Positions 28,194-38,220 of a DNA stretch of 64,000 nt are shown here, piece after piece. Position numbers and translations under genes: made by a program. Source of the stretch: a bacterium (GTDB lineage: Bacteria > Electryoneota > Electryoneia > Electryoneales > Electryoneaceae); the NCBI GenBank assembly GCA_963675295.2, contig CAXXKJ010000002.1, forward strand, positions 3,392,001 through 3,456,000, written 5' to 3'. The first letter of the stretch is position 1. Each line of letters starts with the position of its first letter. The notes under the pieces were generated by a model. It saw only the letters and a list, made by a program, of their open reading frames with translations. It made no database searches and was not told where the DNA came from.

Positions 28194-29189
28194 ATGGCAG
28201 ACGAAGCCGCCTTAAATCCCCTGTACGCCTGGCCCTACCTCGACGAACTCAACCCCGGTGAACAGGTCGACACCTTTCTCGCGGTGCGCAAGGCCGAACT
28301 GCGGCGCACCCGTGACAACAAACCGTTCCTGCTGCTTGACCTCGGCGACCGCACCGGGCACATGAAGGCGAATGTCTGGGACGACGCCGAGACCTTCCTC
28401 AAGGCCCTGCCGGTGGGCACACTGGTCAAGGTTCGCGCCACCCCGCAGGAATACCAGGGCAAGCTCGAGCTGAAGCTGCATTTGATCCGTCCAGTCACCG
28501 ACGCCGACGAGTTCGAGCCGGACCGTTTCGTGCCGAAAACCGACCGTGATCCGGAGCTGGACTGGACCGTGATCCGTGACGCGGTGAAGGCCGTCGAACA
28601 CAAGGGCATCAAGCAGCTGTTGGATGGCCTCCTTGCGGATGAGGAGTTGATCGACAAGTTCACCCTCGCCCCCGCCGGCAAAATGTGGCATCACGGCTAC
28701 CTTGGCGGCCTGCTCGAACACACCGCCTCGATCATGGGGCTGGTGCTCAAGCTGTGCGAGCATTATCCGAAGCTGAACCGTGACTTGCTCGTCGCCGGCA
28801 CGCTCTGCCATGACATCGGCAAGCTGTGGGAGTTGCAGACCGATTCGGTGATTGATTACACGGTCCGTGGACGCCTGGAAGGGCACATCGTCATTGGCGC
28901 CGAATTCCTGCAACGCCGGATGGACGAGATCGAGGAACTGGACTTCGAGACGAAGGTCCAGATCAAGCATCTGGTCCTCAGCCATCAGGGTATGCTCGAG
29001 CAGAGCAGCCCTGTGGTGCCGATGACTCGCGAAGCGTTCGTCTTGTATTACCTCGACGAGATCGATAGCAAGCTCAACGCGCTTGATCGCATCTACGACA
29101 AGAACTCCGGTCAACCCGGCGACTTCACGGAATGGGTGAACCTGCTCGGGCGGCATTTGTACAAGAGTGATTCACAAGCTGGTGACTGA
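28194..29189 (+). CDS. yhaM: 3'-5' exoribonuclease YhaM/CBF1 family (OB-fold plus HD domain)
   Basis: LGDRTG OB-fold, PAGKMWHHGYLGGLLEHT, CHDIGK, GHI, LSHQG. Confidence 0.9.
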   Translation: MADEAALNPLYAWPYLDELNPGEQVDTFLAVRKAELRRTRDNKPFLLLDLGDRTGHMKANVWDDAETFLKALPVGTLVKVRATPQEYQGKLELKLHLIRPVTDADEFEPDRFVPKTDRDPELDWTVIRDAVKAVEHKGIKQLLDGLLADEELIDKFTLAPAGKMWHHGYLGGLLEHTASIMGLVLKLCEHYPKLNRDLLVAGTLCHDIGKLWELQTDSVIDYTVRGRLEGHIVIGAEFLQRRMDEIEELDFETKVQIKHLVLSHQGMLEQSSPVVPMTREAFVLYYLDEIDSKLNALDRIYDKNSGQPGDFTEWVNLLGRHLYKSDSQAGD

Positions 29190-29199
29190 CTTACAGGTT

Positions 29200-29291
29200 T
29201 GTCATCCTGAACGAAGTGAAGGATCTCCAGATTATCCAACGCCAGATCATTTGGAGATTCTTCACGTCACCAAGTGACTTTCAGAAGGACA
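29200..29291. repeat. REP/MITE-like structured inverted-repeat element
   Basis: tgtcatcctgaacgaagtgaaggatctcc ... ggagattcttcac-gtcaccaagtgac-tttcagaaggaca; the ends are imperfect inverted repeats; lies between convergent genes. Confidence 0.7.
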
Positions 29292-29295
29292 CCAT

Positions 29296-29769
29296 TCAAC
29301 CTTCCCCGTTCCTATCCTTCCTCTTCTTCGCGAAAAACTCGCGCAACAGCTCCGCCGACTGTTCCTCAAGGATACCGGCGGTCACCGGATACCGATGATT
29401 CAGGCGCGGATTGTCATGCATCCGATACAGCGACTCAACCGCTCCGGCTTTCGGGTCACGGGCTGCGTAGACCAACCGTTCGATCCGTGCCAGCCATAAT
29501 GCTCCGGCGCACATCGGACAGGGTTCCAGTGTCACATACAACGTCGCGCCGTTGAGGTAGCGTTGCCCGATCGTGTTCGCGGCGGCGGTGATCGCTTCCA
29601 TCTCGGCGTGCGCGGTCGGATCGTTGAGCGTGATTGTCCGGTTGCGTCCTTTGCCGATCACCCTGCCGTCCTTGACCACGACCGCGCCGATGGGGACTTC
29701 GTCGTCCCGCGCGGCTTCCTCGGCGAGGTGCAGCGCCATATCCATGTAGAGCCGATCCAAGTCGATCAT
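29296..29769 (-). CDS. tadA: tRNA adenosine(34) deaminase
   Basis: EVPIGAV, DPTAHAE, TLEPCPMCAGA, DPKAGA. Confidence 0.95.
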   Translation of the reverse strand: MIDLDRLYMDMALHLAEEAARDDEVPIGAVVVKDGRVIGKGRNRTITLNDPTAHAEMEAITAAANTIGQRYLNGATLYVTLEPCPMCAGALWLARIERLVYAARDPKAGAVESLYRMHDNPRLNHRYPVTAGILEEQSAELLREFFAKKRKDRNGEG

Positions 29770-29957
29770 CCAGCGTTCCGGGTTGTCGTCAGGTTGTTCG
29801 GAAGGTAGTTCTCAGGGTACTCCTGATCCAAGGAAACAGCACCAGGGCCGTGCCGGGACTGTAGCGGCGCTCACCATGCGGGAGTCGTCTTCGGCGATTC
29901 CATGAAATAGACGGATCTTGCGAATTCATTCCGGATACAGGCTTCATCTCTCCTGAG

Positions 29958-31805
29958 TTGTCGTTTTCACGGGTTCTCGGTACCTTACGACGAATGGGAG
30001 TTCCCACTGTTTTTGAACGTGAGTCCCCCGGACACACAAGCGAGGATCCAGCGATGGCCACCTTGGGCAAAGATGCCAGCACTGCGACCCCTTTCCGTCG
30101 TCTCCAATCGACTGCGGAACACCGGTACCGGTATATCGGCGAGGGCGATTTTGGTGGAAAAGCGTTGGGACTTGCGTTCATGGACGAACTCCTGCGTGAC
30201 CGCTTTGATCCCGCCGAATTCCCCGGCATCCACGTCGCGATTCCGAAACTGGTCGTGTTGCGGACCTCGATGTTCCGCAACTTCATCCAGTTCAACAACC
30301 TCACCGAGCTGCTGAACGACCCACCGTCGGATGATCGCATCGGGCGGGCGTTCCAGCGCGCGACATTCCCCGGCACGTTTACCGGCGACCTGATGAGCCT
30401 CGCGGAAACACTGCGCGGCCCGTTGGCGGTGCGATCCTCGAGCCGTCTCGAGGACGCGATGTTCCAGCCGTTCGCCGGAGTGTACGCGACGAAGATGATC
30501 CCGAACAATCAGGATGGCACCACCGCGCGGTTCCACAAGCTGATCGAGGCGATCAAGTTTGTCTGGGCGTCGACATGGTTTCGTGAAGCCCGGTTGTACA
30601 TGGAAAAGGCCGGCGTCAACCCGATGGAAGAAGAAATGGCGGTGATCATCCAGGAGGTGGCCGGGGTTAAACACGGCGAGCGTTTCTACCCGACGATGTC
30701 CGGTGTCGGGCGGTCGTTTAACTATTACGCGTTCGGACGTGCGCGTCCGGAACAGGGCGTGATCGACCTTGCGCTCGGGTTGGGCAAGCACATTGTGGAC
30801 GGCGGCCTGGTCTGGACTTACTGCCCGGCCTACCCGAAGTTGCCACCGCCGGTCGCCTCACCCCGGGACTTGCTGAAGACCACGCAGAGCCGGTTCTGGT
30901 CGGTGAACCTCGGTGATATTCCCACATTTGACCCGCTTCGCGAAGCGGAGTACCTGCTCAAAAACGAGGTAGACGTCGCAGAGAAAGACGGCGAGCTGAA
31001 CCACATCGCGTCAACATACGACGGCCAGTCCGACCGTATCCTGCCGGGCATTGCGAACCCCGGGCCGCGGGTGCTCGACTTCGGGCCGATCCTGCAATAC
31101 AACGTGTTCCCGTTGAACAAGCTGATCACGCACCTGCTCAAATTGTGTGAGGACGAGCTGAAGCAGGAAGTCGAAATAGAGTTCGCGATCCAGTTGCCGG
31201 AAAAATCCGGCGACACGGTTGAATTCAGTTTCCTGCAGGTGCGTCCGATGGTCGCGTTTGAGGAGAAGGTGACTATCCATGAGGCCGACTTCAGCAACGC
31301 CGACCTGTTGATTTCGTCTGACCGTGTGCTCGGCAACGGCGTCGCCCGTAATGTGGAAGATGTGGTCTACGTCAAGCCGGAAACGTTCACCGCGGCGAAA
31401 ACCTCGCAGATCGCGCAGGAGATCGACAAGATCAACCTCAGCCTGATGCGCGACAAGAAGCCGTGCCTGTTGATCGGGTTTGGCCGTTGGGGCAGCAGCG
31501 ATTCGTGGCTCGGAATCCCGGTGGTCTGGAGCCAGATCTCATCCGCGAGCAACATCGTCGAGGTAACGACCCCGGAGATGAATGTCGACCTCAGCCAGGG
31601 CTCGCATTTCTTCCACAACCTGTCCTCCTTCCAGGTGAACTACTTTGCCGTGTCGCACAACAGCCCGAACGTGGTTGATTTCGACTGGTTGAACACGCGT
31701 GAAGTGGTGCAGGAGACGGACTTTGTACGTCACGTCCGGCTGAAGAAACCGTTATGCATCAAAGTGGATGGCCGCAGCGCGCGGGGAGTGATCATACATG
31801 GTTGA
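29958..31805 (+). CDS. PEP/pyruvate-binding (PPDK N-terminal, ATP-grasp) domain protein
   Basis: GGKALGL, AVRSSSRLED, FAGVY, MAVIIQEV, EIEFA, LQVRP, SQGSHFFHNL. Start uncertain (29958, 29994 or 30054). Confidence 0.85.
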   Translation: MSFSRVLGTLRRMGVPTVFERESPGHTSEDPAMATLGKDASTATPFRRLQSTAEHRYRYIGEGDFGGKALGLAFMDELLRDRFDPAEFPGIHVAIPKLVVLRTSMFRNFIQFNNLTELLNDPPSDDRIGRAFQRATFPGTFTGDLMSLAETLRGPLAVRSSSRLEDAMFQPFAGVYATKMIPNNQDGTTARFHKLIEAIKFVWASTWFREARLYMEKAGVNPMEEEMAVIIQEVAGVKHGERFYPTMSGVGRSFNYYAFGRARPEQGVIDLALGLGKHIVDGGLVWTYCPAYPKLPPPVASPRDLLKTTQSRFWSVNLGDIPTFDPLREAEYLLKNEVDVAEKDGELNHIASTYDGQSDRILPGIANPGPRVLDFGPILQYNVFPLNKLITHLLKLCEDELKQEVEIEFAIQLPEKSGDTVEFSFLQVRPMVAFEEKVTIHEADFSNADLLISSDRVLGNGVARNVEDVVYVKPETFTAAKTSQIAQEIDKINLSLMRDKKPCLLIGFGRWGSSDSWLGIPVVWSQISSASNIVEVTTPEMNVDLSQGSHFFHNLSSFQVNYFAVSHNSPNVVDFDWLNTREVVQETDFVRHVRLKKPLCIKVDGRSARGVIIHG

Positions 31806-34800
31806 AAAGAAGAAGGCCACGTCGGCCGAGCATCTGATCGAAGCGTTGCAGGAACGCGCCAAGGAGCTCAACTGCTTGTACGAGGTGGAAGAGCTGCTCA
31901 ACGACAGCGAGGCCAGCGTAGAGGAAATCTTCAGCGGCGTTACCGCAGTTATCCCCCCCGGCTGGCAGTATCCAGACTACTGCTTCGCCCGCATCTCCTA
32001 CGACGGCGAGGTGTTCGGTCCGGACGGGATGCGTCCCACGGAATGGGTCCTGCGCGCACCGATTGAGGTTCACGACCGCACCCTCGGCCACGTTGAAGTC
32101 TTCTACACCCGTGAGCTGCCGAAAGAAGACAACGGTCCCTTCCTCAAGGAAGAAGCCAAGCTGCTGGAAACCATCGCCGACCGTGTCGGGCACTTCATCC
32201 TGCATAAGCACCTGCGCAAGGTGATTGAGGGCTGGGACACTGCGCGCAAGGACCTGAAGCGGCAGGGCGAATGGCGGGTGATCGTCGATCTGTTGCGCCG
32301 CACCGACCAGGAGCTGTTCCTCGTCGTCGCTCGCAAGATGATGAATCACCTCTGCTGGAAGGGTGTCGTCGAGGCGGACGATATCCTCGCGCAACTGGGC
32401 TCAACGGATCGCCGTCTCGGTGAGACGGAAGACGCCAACCGTCCGCTGCAACGCAGGAAAGCGTACGACATCCTCGCGTTGAGCGAAGAGATCTTCAACG
32501 TCGCGGAAGCGAACCTCTGGGACAACGATATCCTCGAGCTGGTGCAGAAGTACATGCAGGAGGATCGCGCCAGCTTCCTGATTCGCACGTTGATCAATCT
32601 CGACAGCACGCTCACCGACATCTCCGACGCCATCCGCCGCTTCCACCACCTGTCCCTCGACACGATGGACCTCGCTGAATCGACGCGCAAGGGAGTCAAG
32701 GTGGCGATGGTGCGCCGGTTCCTCAGCGATCAGCTCGAGTTCATTCAGATCGCGAAGGACTATGTCGATATCAAAGACTTCATGCAGCTCATTCCGCGGC
32801 TGATCCATCCGATCAACAGCCACGGAAAGCTGGGCGGCAAAAGCGCGGGCATGTTCCTGGCCTGGAAGATGCTGCGCAAGGCGATCGACAAGCACCCGGA
32901 ATTCTCAGAAGTGCGGCTGCCGAAGACGTGGTACATCACCTCGGACGGCCTCCACAGCTTCCTCCACTTCAACAACCTCGAGGAAGTCACCGAGCAGAAG
33001 TACAAGGACATCGAGCAGGTACGGCAGGAACACCCGCACATCGTCCACCTGTTCAAGTCGTCGCATTTCCCGCCGGAAATCATTCCCGGCCTCTCGATGG
33101 CGTTGGACGATTTCGGCGAAAGCCCGATTATCGTCCGCAGTTCCAGCTTGCTCGAAGACCGGCTCGGATCGGCATTTTCCGGCAAGTATACCAGCTTGTT
33201 CCTCGCCAACCGTGGCAGCAAATCCGAACGGCTGGAAGCGTTGATGGACGCCATCGCGGAGGTGTATTCCTCCACCTTCGCCAGCGATCCGATCGAGTAT
33301 CGCGCCGAACGCGGATTGCTCGACTTTCACGAAGAGATGGGCATCCTGATCCAGGAGGTGGTCGGCACGCGTGTCGGGAAGTACTACCTCCCCGCCTACG
33401 CCGGCGTCGCCTTCAGCAACAACGAGTTCCGCTGGTCGCCACGGATCAAGCGTGAAGATGGTCTCGTCCGGCTCGTGCCCGGGCTCGGCACTCGCGCGGT
33501 CGACCGTCTCAGTGACGACTACTGCATCCTCGCCGCGCCGGGCCAGCCGGATCTGCGGGTGAATGTGACCGTTGAGGAGAGTATCCGTTATTCGCCACGG
33601 TACCTCGACGCCATTGACCTCGACAGCAACACGTTCGTCACCCTGCCGATCCAGGAGTTCCTCAAGCAGCACGGGGACAGCTTCCCGCGTGTGCAGGAGT
33701 TTGTTTCCGAGATCGAACACAATCACCTGCGTCAGCCGAACCTCTTTGACCTCGACTTCGAGGAAAAGGATTACGCGGTCACCTTCGAGGGACTGATCCA
33801 CCAGTCGAAGTTCATCAAGCACATCAAGGCGGTGCTCGCAACCCTTGAGGAATCGTTGCACGGGCCCGTGGACATCGAGTTTGCACATGATGGCAAGTTC
33901 TTCTACCTGCTGCAATGCCGTCCGCAAAGTCACGGCGATGACACCCGTCCCGCCGCGATCCCGAAGGACATTCCGGAGAGTGCGATCCTGTTCTCAGCGA
34001 ACCGCTATGTCTCCAACGGTGCCGTGCCAGAGATCAAGTACGTCGTTTATGTCGATCCGGAAGCATACGCCGAGCTTGAGGACAAGAAGGAGATGCTGCG
34101 TGTCGCGCGGGCGGTGGGCCAGTTGAACAAACAGCTGCCGAAACGACGGTTCATCCTGATGGGGCCGGGCCGTTGGGGCAGCCGTGGCGACATTAAGCTC
34201 GGTGTCAGCGTTACCTACAGCGAGATCAACAACACGGCGATGTTGATCGAGGTCGCGCGTCAGAAAGGCGGTTATGTACCCGACCTGTCCTTCGGCACGC
34301 ACTTCTTCCAGGATCTGGTCGAGGCGTCCATCCGTTATCTCCCGTTGTATCCGGACGATTCCGACGTCCTGTTCAACGAACGCATCCTGACCCAATCCTA
34401 CAACATGTTGGGCGAATTGCTGCCTGAGTACGGGAATCTGGACAAGGTGATCAAAGTGATCGACGTGCCGCGCAGCCTCAGTGGCAAGGTTCTCAAGGTG
34501 TACATGAACGCCGATCTCGACCAGGCGGTCGCGATACTGACTCAATCCACCCAGGAAGCTGATCCGGAGACCAAACGAACGGGCATCACGGCATTCGATG
34601 TGCCCGAACGCAGTTCCGACGACCACTGGCGCTGGCGTTACCGGATGGCGGAACGGATCGCGGGTCGGATCGAGGCGGAGAAGTATGGCGTCAAGGCAAT
34701 GTTTGTCTTTGGCAGCACGAAAAACGGCACCGCCAAGGCCGGTAGCGATCTCGACCTGCTGATTCACGTCGCAGATGATGCCTCGAACCGTGACGAGCTG

Positions 34801-34998
34801 ATGATCTGGTTCAACGGCTGGTCGGCGGCATTGGCCGAGATCAACTATCTGCGCACAGGCTATCGCAGTGAGAATTTGCTTGACGTACATTTCGTCACCG
34901 ACGAGGACATCAAGAACCGCACCAGCTACGCGGTCAAGATTGGCGCGGTGACCGACGCCGCGAAGGAAATCCCGCTCGGGGGGATCGATCCGGCATAA
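31798..34998 (+). CDS. Multidomain protein: GAF-like sensor, PEP/pyruvate-binding dikinase domain and C-terminal nucleotidyltransferase
   Basis: N-terminal ERAKELNCLY...PPGWQYP; GGKSAG, IVRSSSLLED, DIEFA, LLQCRP, SFGTHFFQDL; C-terminal VFGS...SDLDLL. Confidence 0.85.
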   Translation: MVEKKKATSAEHLIEALQERAKELNCLYEVEELLNDSEASVEEIFSGVTAVIPPGWQYPDYCFARISYDGEVFGPDGMRPTEWVLRAPIEVHDRTLGHVEVFYTRELPKEDNGPFLKEEAKLLETIADRVGHFILHKHLRKVIEGWDTARKDLKRQGEWRVIVDLLRRTDQELFLVVARKMMNHLCWKGVVEADDILAQLGSTDRRLGETEDANRPLQRRKAYDILALSEEIFNVAEANLWDNDILELVQKYMQEDRASFLIRTLINLDSTLTDISDAIRRFHHLSLDTMDLAESTRKGVKVAMVRRFLSDQLEFIQIAKDYVDIKDFMQLIPRLIHPINSHGKLGGKSAGMFLAWKMLRKAIDKHPEFSEVRLPKTWYITSDGLHSFLHFNNLEEVTEQKYKDIEQVRQEHPHIVHLFKSSHFPPEIIPGLSMALDDFGESPIIVRSSSLLEDRLGSAFSGKYTSLFLANRGSKSERLEALMDAIAEVYSSTFASDPIEYRAERGLLDFHEEMGILIQEVVGTRVGKYYLPAYAGVAFSNNEFRWSPRIKREDGLVRLVPGLGTRAVDRLSDDYCILAAPGQPDLRVNVTVEESIRYSPRYLDAIDLDSNTFVTLPIQEFLKQHGDSFPRVQEFVSEIEHNHLRQPNLFDLDFEEKDYAVTFEGLIHQSKFIKHIKAVLATLEESLHGPVDIEFAHDGKFFYLLQCRPQSHGDDTRPAAIPKDIPESAILFSANRYVSNGAVPEIKYVVYVDPEAYAELEDKKEMLRVARAVGQLNKQLPKRRFILMGPGRWGSRGDIKLGVSVTYSEINNTAMLIEVARQKGGYVPDLSFGTHFFQDLVEASIRYLPLYPDDSDVLFNERILTQSYNMLGELLPEYGNLDKVIKVIDVPRSLSGKVLKVYMNADLDQAVAILTQSTQEADPETKRTGITAFDVPERSSDDHWRWRYRMAERIAGRIEAEKYGVKAMFVFGSTKNGTAKAGSDLDLLIHVADDASNRDELMIWFNGWSAALAEINYLRTGYRSENLLDVHFVTDEDIKNRTSYAVKIGAVTDAAKEIPLGGIDPA

Positions 34999-35034
34999 TC
35001 GTTACTGGAATCCTCTGACAAACAAGAGAGTACG

Positions 35035-35433
35035 ATGACTGAAAATCTGGTTTCTATGCTGCTCGCTTGGGCGTTTGTTACGTTTTCCCTTGGCTTCCAG
35101 TGGATCATGTACAAGCATGGAGATCGCTCGTACTGGAAAGGGAACAAGCGGAATCCCCTGTTCGCCATCGAGGGCTGGGCGGCCCTGTTCAGCGCAGCGG
35201 TGATCTACGCACTGCTTCGCACGTGGCTGTTGATCAATCCCGCAGCTTCAGTTCACGACATCTCGTTCGTTGTTTGCCTGTTTGTCTGCCAGATCGTCTT
35301 CACCGGCAGCCTCTACCTGGCCTGGAAGCTGTTTCCTGATTTTCCGTCTTTCTTCGGCTGGCGTGATTCCCGCGAGACGAATGAAACGTCCGAACCGAAC
35401 GAAGACGCGCAGCAGGCAGTCCCCACGAAGTAA
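35035..35433 (+). CDS. Hypothetical membrane protein (3 TM)
   Basis: Three hydrophobic segments; fills the gap between the dikinase and selA genes. Confidence 0.65.
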   Translation: MTENLVSMLLAWAFVTFSLGFQWIMYKHGDRSYWKGNKRNPLFAIEGWAALFSAAVIYALLRTWLLINPAASVHDISFVVCLFVCQIVFTGSLYLAWKLFPDFPSFFGWRDSRETNETSEPNEDAQQAVPTK

Positions 35434-35448
35434 CCGGAGTCCGCGATC

Positions 35449-36852
35449 GTGTCGAAATCTGTCCAGTCCCGTCTCAGCCAGTTGCCGAAGGTGGATATCG
35501 TTCTCCAGCACCGGGAGCTGGGTGCCTGGTCACGGTCTCCGTTGACCGCCGGCAAAGTCCGTGAGCTGATCGACGAAACCCGGCAGATGGTGCTGGAAGA
35601 TGAGAACACGATCATCCCGGACGCCGCCGACCTCGCCCGGATGGCTCATGACGAACTGAACGATCAGTTTCGCTCCCCCCTGCGCCGGGTGTTGAACGGA
35701 ACCGGCATTATTGTCCACACCAACCTCGGCCGGGCGCCGATCAGCGAGGCTGCGATTGAGGCGATGAACGCCGTCGCACGCGGCTACAGCACGCTCGAAT
35801 ACGATCTCGACCGGGGACGGCGCGGTTCACGACATAACCTCGTGCGTGAACACCTGCTCGCGTTGACTGGTGCGGAGGACGCGCTGGTCGCCAACAACAA
35901 CGCCTCCGCCCTGTTATTGGCTTTGACCACGCTCGCGAAACGGAAAGAGGTGCTGGTCAGCCGTGGTCAGCTGGTCGAAATTGGCGGATCGTTCCGGATT
36001 CCGGACATCTGCCGCGTCTCCGGCGCGAAACTGGTCGAGGTAGGAACCACCAACCGTACTAGACTAGCCGACTACGAACGCGCGATCTCGGCAAAGACCG
36101 GCGTGCTCTTACGGGTGCATCCCTCAAACTTCCGTGTCGTTGGCTTCACTGAGGAAGTGCAGCTCGACGATCTCGTCAAACTGGGTCAAAAACACAACCT
36201 CCCGGTTGTCGACGATCTCGGCAGCGGCGCATTGGCGAATGTGTCCTCAGTGACTCGTCTCCCGCACGAATCACTGGTGTCGGAGAGTGTGGGCGCTGGC
36301 GCGGATGTCGTCACCTTCAGCGGCGACAAGCTGCTCGGCGGTCCGCAGGCGGGGCTCGCTGTCGGGAATTCGGCGTATATCGGCAAGATGCGCAAGCATC
36401 CGTTAATGCGGGCCGTGCGTCCGGACAAACTGACCTTCGCTGCGTTGACCGCAACGTTGCAGCAGTACCTGACGTCGGATCACATCGAGCAGTTACCGAT
36501 CTGGCGCATGTTCAGCCTCGGTGTGATCGAGCTCGAGGCGTGCCTCGGGCCTGTGTACAAGGCGATTAAAGCTGCGGCGAACAACGCCGGACTTGAGCTG
36601 GAGATCGGCCAGTCGGTGTCCTATGCCGGTGGCGGCAGCCTGCCGGAAGAGGAAATGCCCAGCCGTGCGTTGATCTTCTCCGGGACTCAGCGGCGCTTGA
36701 AGGATTTTCAGGACGGTCTCAGGCTCGCGGATGTCCCCCTGATCGGGTATCTTAAGGACAAACGGTTCCATCTCGACGCCCGAACCCTGTCCATTGAATC
36801 CCCGGATGAGATCACGACGCTGCTGATCGCCGGACTGGAGGAGTTGTCATGA
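35449..36852 (+). CDS. selA: L-seryl-tRNA(Sec) selenium transferase
   Basis: NGTGIIVHTNLGRA, SRGQLVEIGGSFRIP, EVGTTNRT, VHPSNF, DLGSG, FSGDKLLGGPQAG. Confidence 0.96.
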   Translation: MSKSVQSRLSQLPKVDIVLQHRELGAWSRSPLTAGKVRELIDETRQMVLEDENTIIPDAADLARMAHDELNDQFRSPLRRVLNGTGIIVHTNLGRAPISEAAIEAMNAVARGYSTLEYDLDRGRRGSRHNLVREHLLALTGAEDALVANNNASALLLALTTLAKRKEVLVSRGQLVEIGGSFRIPDICRVSGAKLVEVGTTNRTRLADYERAISAKTGVLLRVHPSNFRVVGFTEEVQLDDLVKLGQKHNLPVVDDLGSGALANVSSVTRLPHESLVSESVGAGADVVTFSGDKLLGGPQAGLAVGNSAYIGKMRKHPLMRAVRPDKLTFAALTATLQQYLTSDHIEQLPIWRMFSLGVIELEACLGPVYKAIKAAANNAGLELEIGQSVSYAGGGSLPEEEMPSRALIFSGTQRRLKDFQDGLRLADVPLIGYLKDKRFHLDARTLSIESPDEITTLLIAGLEELS

Positions 36853-38219
36853 AGCGGACCCTTGTCATTCTGCTGCTGTTACTGCTGCCATTGGCTTTCG
36901 GCCTGGCGCAGTTGGACAGCACCGCAACCGACACAGCTTCCAGCGAACCGGAGCGTATTTCTGCGAAACGTGGCCTGGTGCACCTGATGTTCATCGAGGG
37001 CGCGATTCACGCCGTCGTCAGCCAGTCCATTGAACGGGCGATTGAGCGGGCGGACGAGGCCGGCGCGCGGGCCTTGATCATCGAGCTCGACACTCCGGGC
37101 GGCCTGCTGGAATCGACCCACGACATCACCAAGACCATCCTCAACAGCCCGGTTCCGATTGTGGTGTATGTTGCCCCCAATGGTGCACGCGCCGGGTCGG
37201 CGGGCGTATTTATCACGATGGCGGCCCATGTCGCCGCGATGGCTCCCTCGACGAACATCGGCGCGGCAACGCCGGTTGGGATGGGCGACTCGCCGACGGC
37301 GACGGATACGACCGAAGCCGCACAATCGGACGCCGAGGCGATGCGCCGCAAGGTGACCAACGATGCGATCGCCAATGTCCGCGCGATGGCGGAAAAGCAC
37401 GCCCGCAACGCCGATTGGGCGGAGAAGGCGGTGCGGGAAGCGGCCTCGATCACCGCGACGGAAGCGCTCGAGTTGAACGTGATCGAGTTTATCGCAGAGG
37501 ATGTGGACGATCTGCTCGAGCAAATGGACGGCATGATCGTCGAGGTTCCGGACGGCGACATCATCCTTGAAACGAAGAACGCTCGTGTCGACGAATTCGA
37601 ACCGACCTGGCGTGAGGATTTCCTCAATACGCTTGCCAATCCGAATCTGGCGTACATCCTGATGCTGATCGGGTTTTACGGTCTCATCTTCGAACTCTAC
37701 AATCCGGGCGCGATCATCCCGGGCGTGGTCGGCGTGATCAGCCTGATCCTCGCGTTCTTTGCGCTGCAAACGTTGCCGATCAGTTGGGCAGGGCTGCTGC
37801 TGATTGTACTTGCGATAGTGCTCTTTGTGCTGGAGGTGTACGTGACCAGTTTCGGTTTTCTCACATTTGGCGGTACGGTCTCACTGGTGATCGGATCGGT
37901 GCTGCTGATTGACACCGATGTACCGGACATGCGGGTATCGTGGTCGGTGATCGTCCCCACCGTGCTGGTCACCATTGCGTTCTTCACGTTTGCGCTGACG
38001 ATGGCGATCAAGGCGCAGAAGAACAAGGTCGCCACCGGCAAGGAAGGCCTGGCCGGCGAGCACGGGCACGCGGTCGGCGACATCGCCCCCCGTGGCAAGG
38101 TCAAGATTGGCGGCGAATACTGGAAGGCGGAAGCAGTTGGCGACGAGATCAAGGACGGTGACGAGATCGAGGTGATTTCCGAGGATCGTCTCGTGGTGAA
38201 GGTGAAACGAGTGGACTGA
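36849..38219 (+). CDS. nfeD: NfeD long-form membrane serine protease
   Basis: LDTPGG, AGSAG, AAMAPSTNIGAATPV, TM region, C-terminal OB domain (GKVKIGGEYWKA). Confidence 0.92.
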   Translation: MKRTLVILLLLLLPLAFGLAQLDSTATDTASSEPERISAKRGLVHLMFIEGAIHAVVSQSIERAIERADEAGARALIIELDTPGGLLESTHDITKTILNSPVPIVVYVAPNGARAGSAGVFITMAAHVAAMAPSTNIGAATPVGMGDSPTATDTTEAAQSDAEAMRRKVTNDAIANVRAMAEKHARNADWAEKAVREAASITATEALELNVIEFIAEDVDDLLEQMDGMIVEVPDGDIILETKNARVDEFEPTWREDFLNTLANPNLAYILMLIGFYGLIFELYNPGAIIPGVVGVISLILAFFALQTLPISWAGLLLIVLAIVLFVLEVYVTSFGFLTFGGTVSLVIGSVLLIDTDVPDMRVSWSVIVPTVLVTIAFFTFALTMAIKAQKNKVATGKEGLAGEHGHAVGDIAPRGKVKIGGEYWKAEAVGDEIKDGDEIEVISEDRLVVKVKRVD

Positions 38220-38220
38220 G

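Noticed and set aside
29790-29890. Possible SRP RNA (ffs) next to tadA, suggested by AGGAAACAGCA
   Set aside because: The conserved CAGG...GGAA...AGCAG domain IV stem could not be built.
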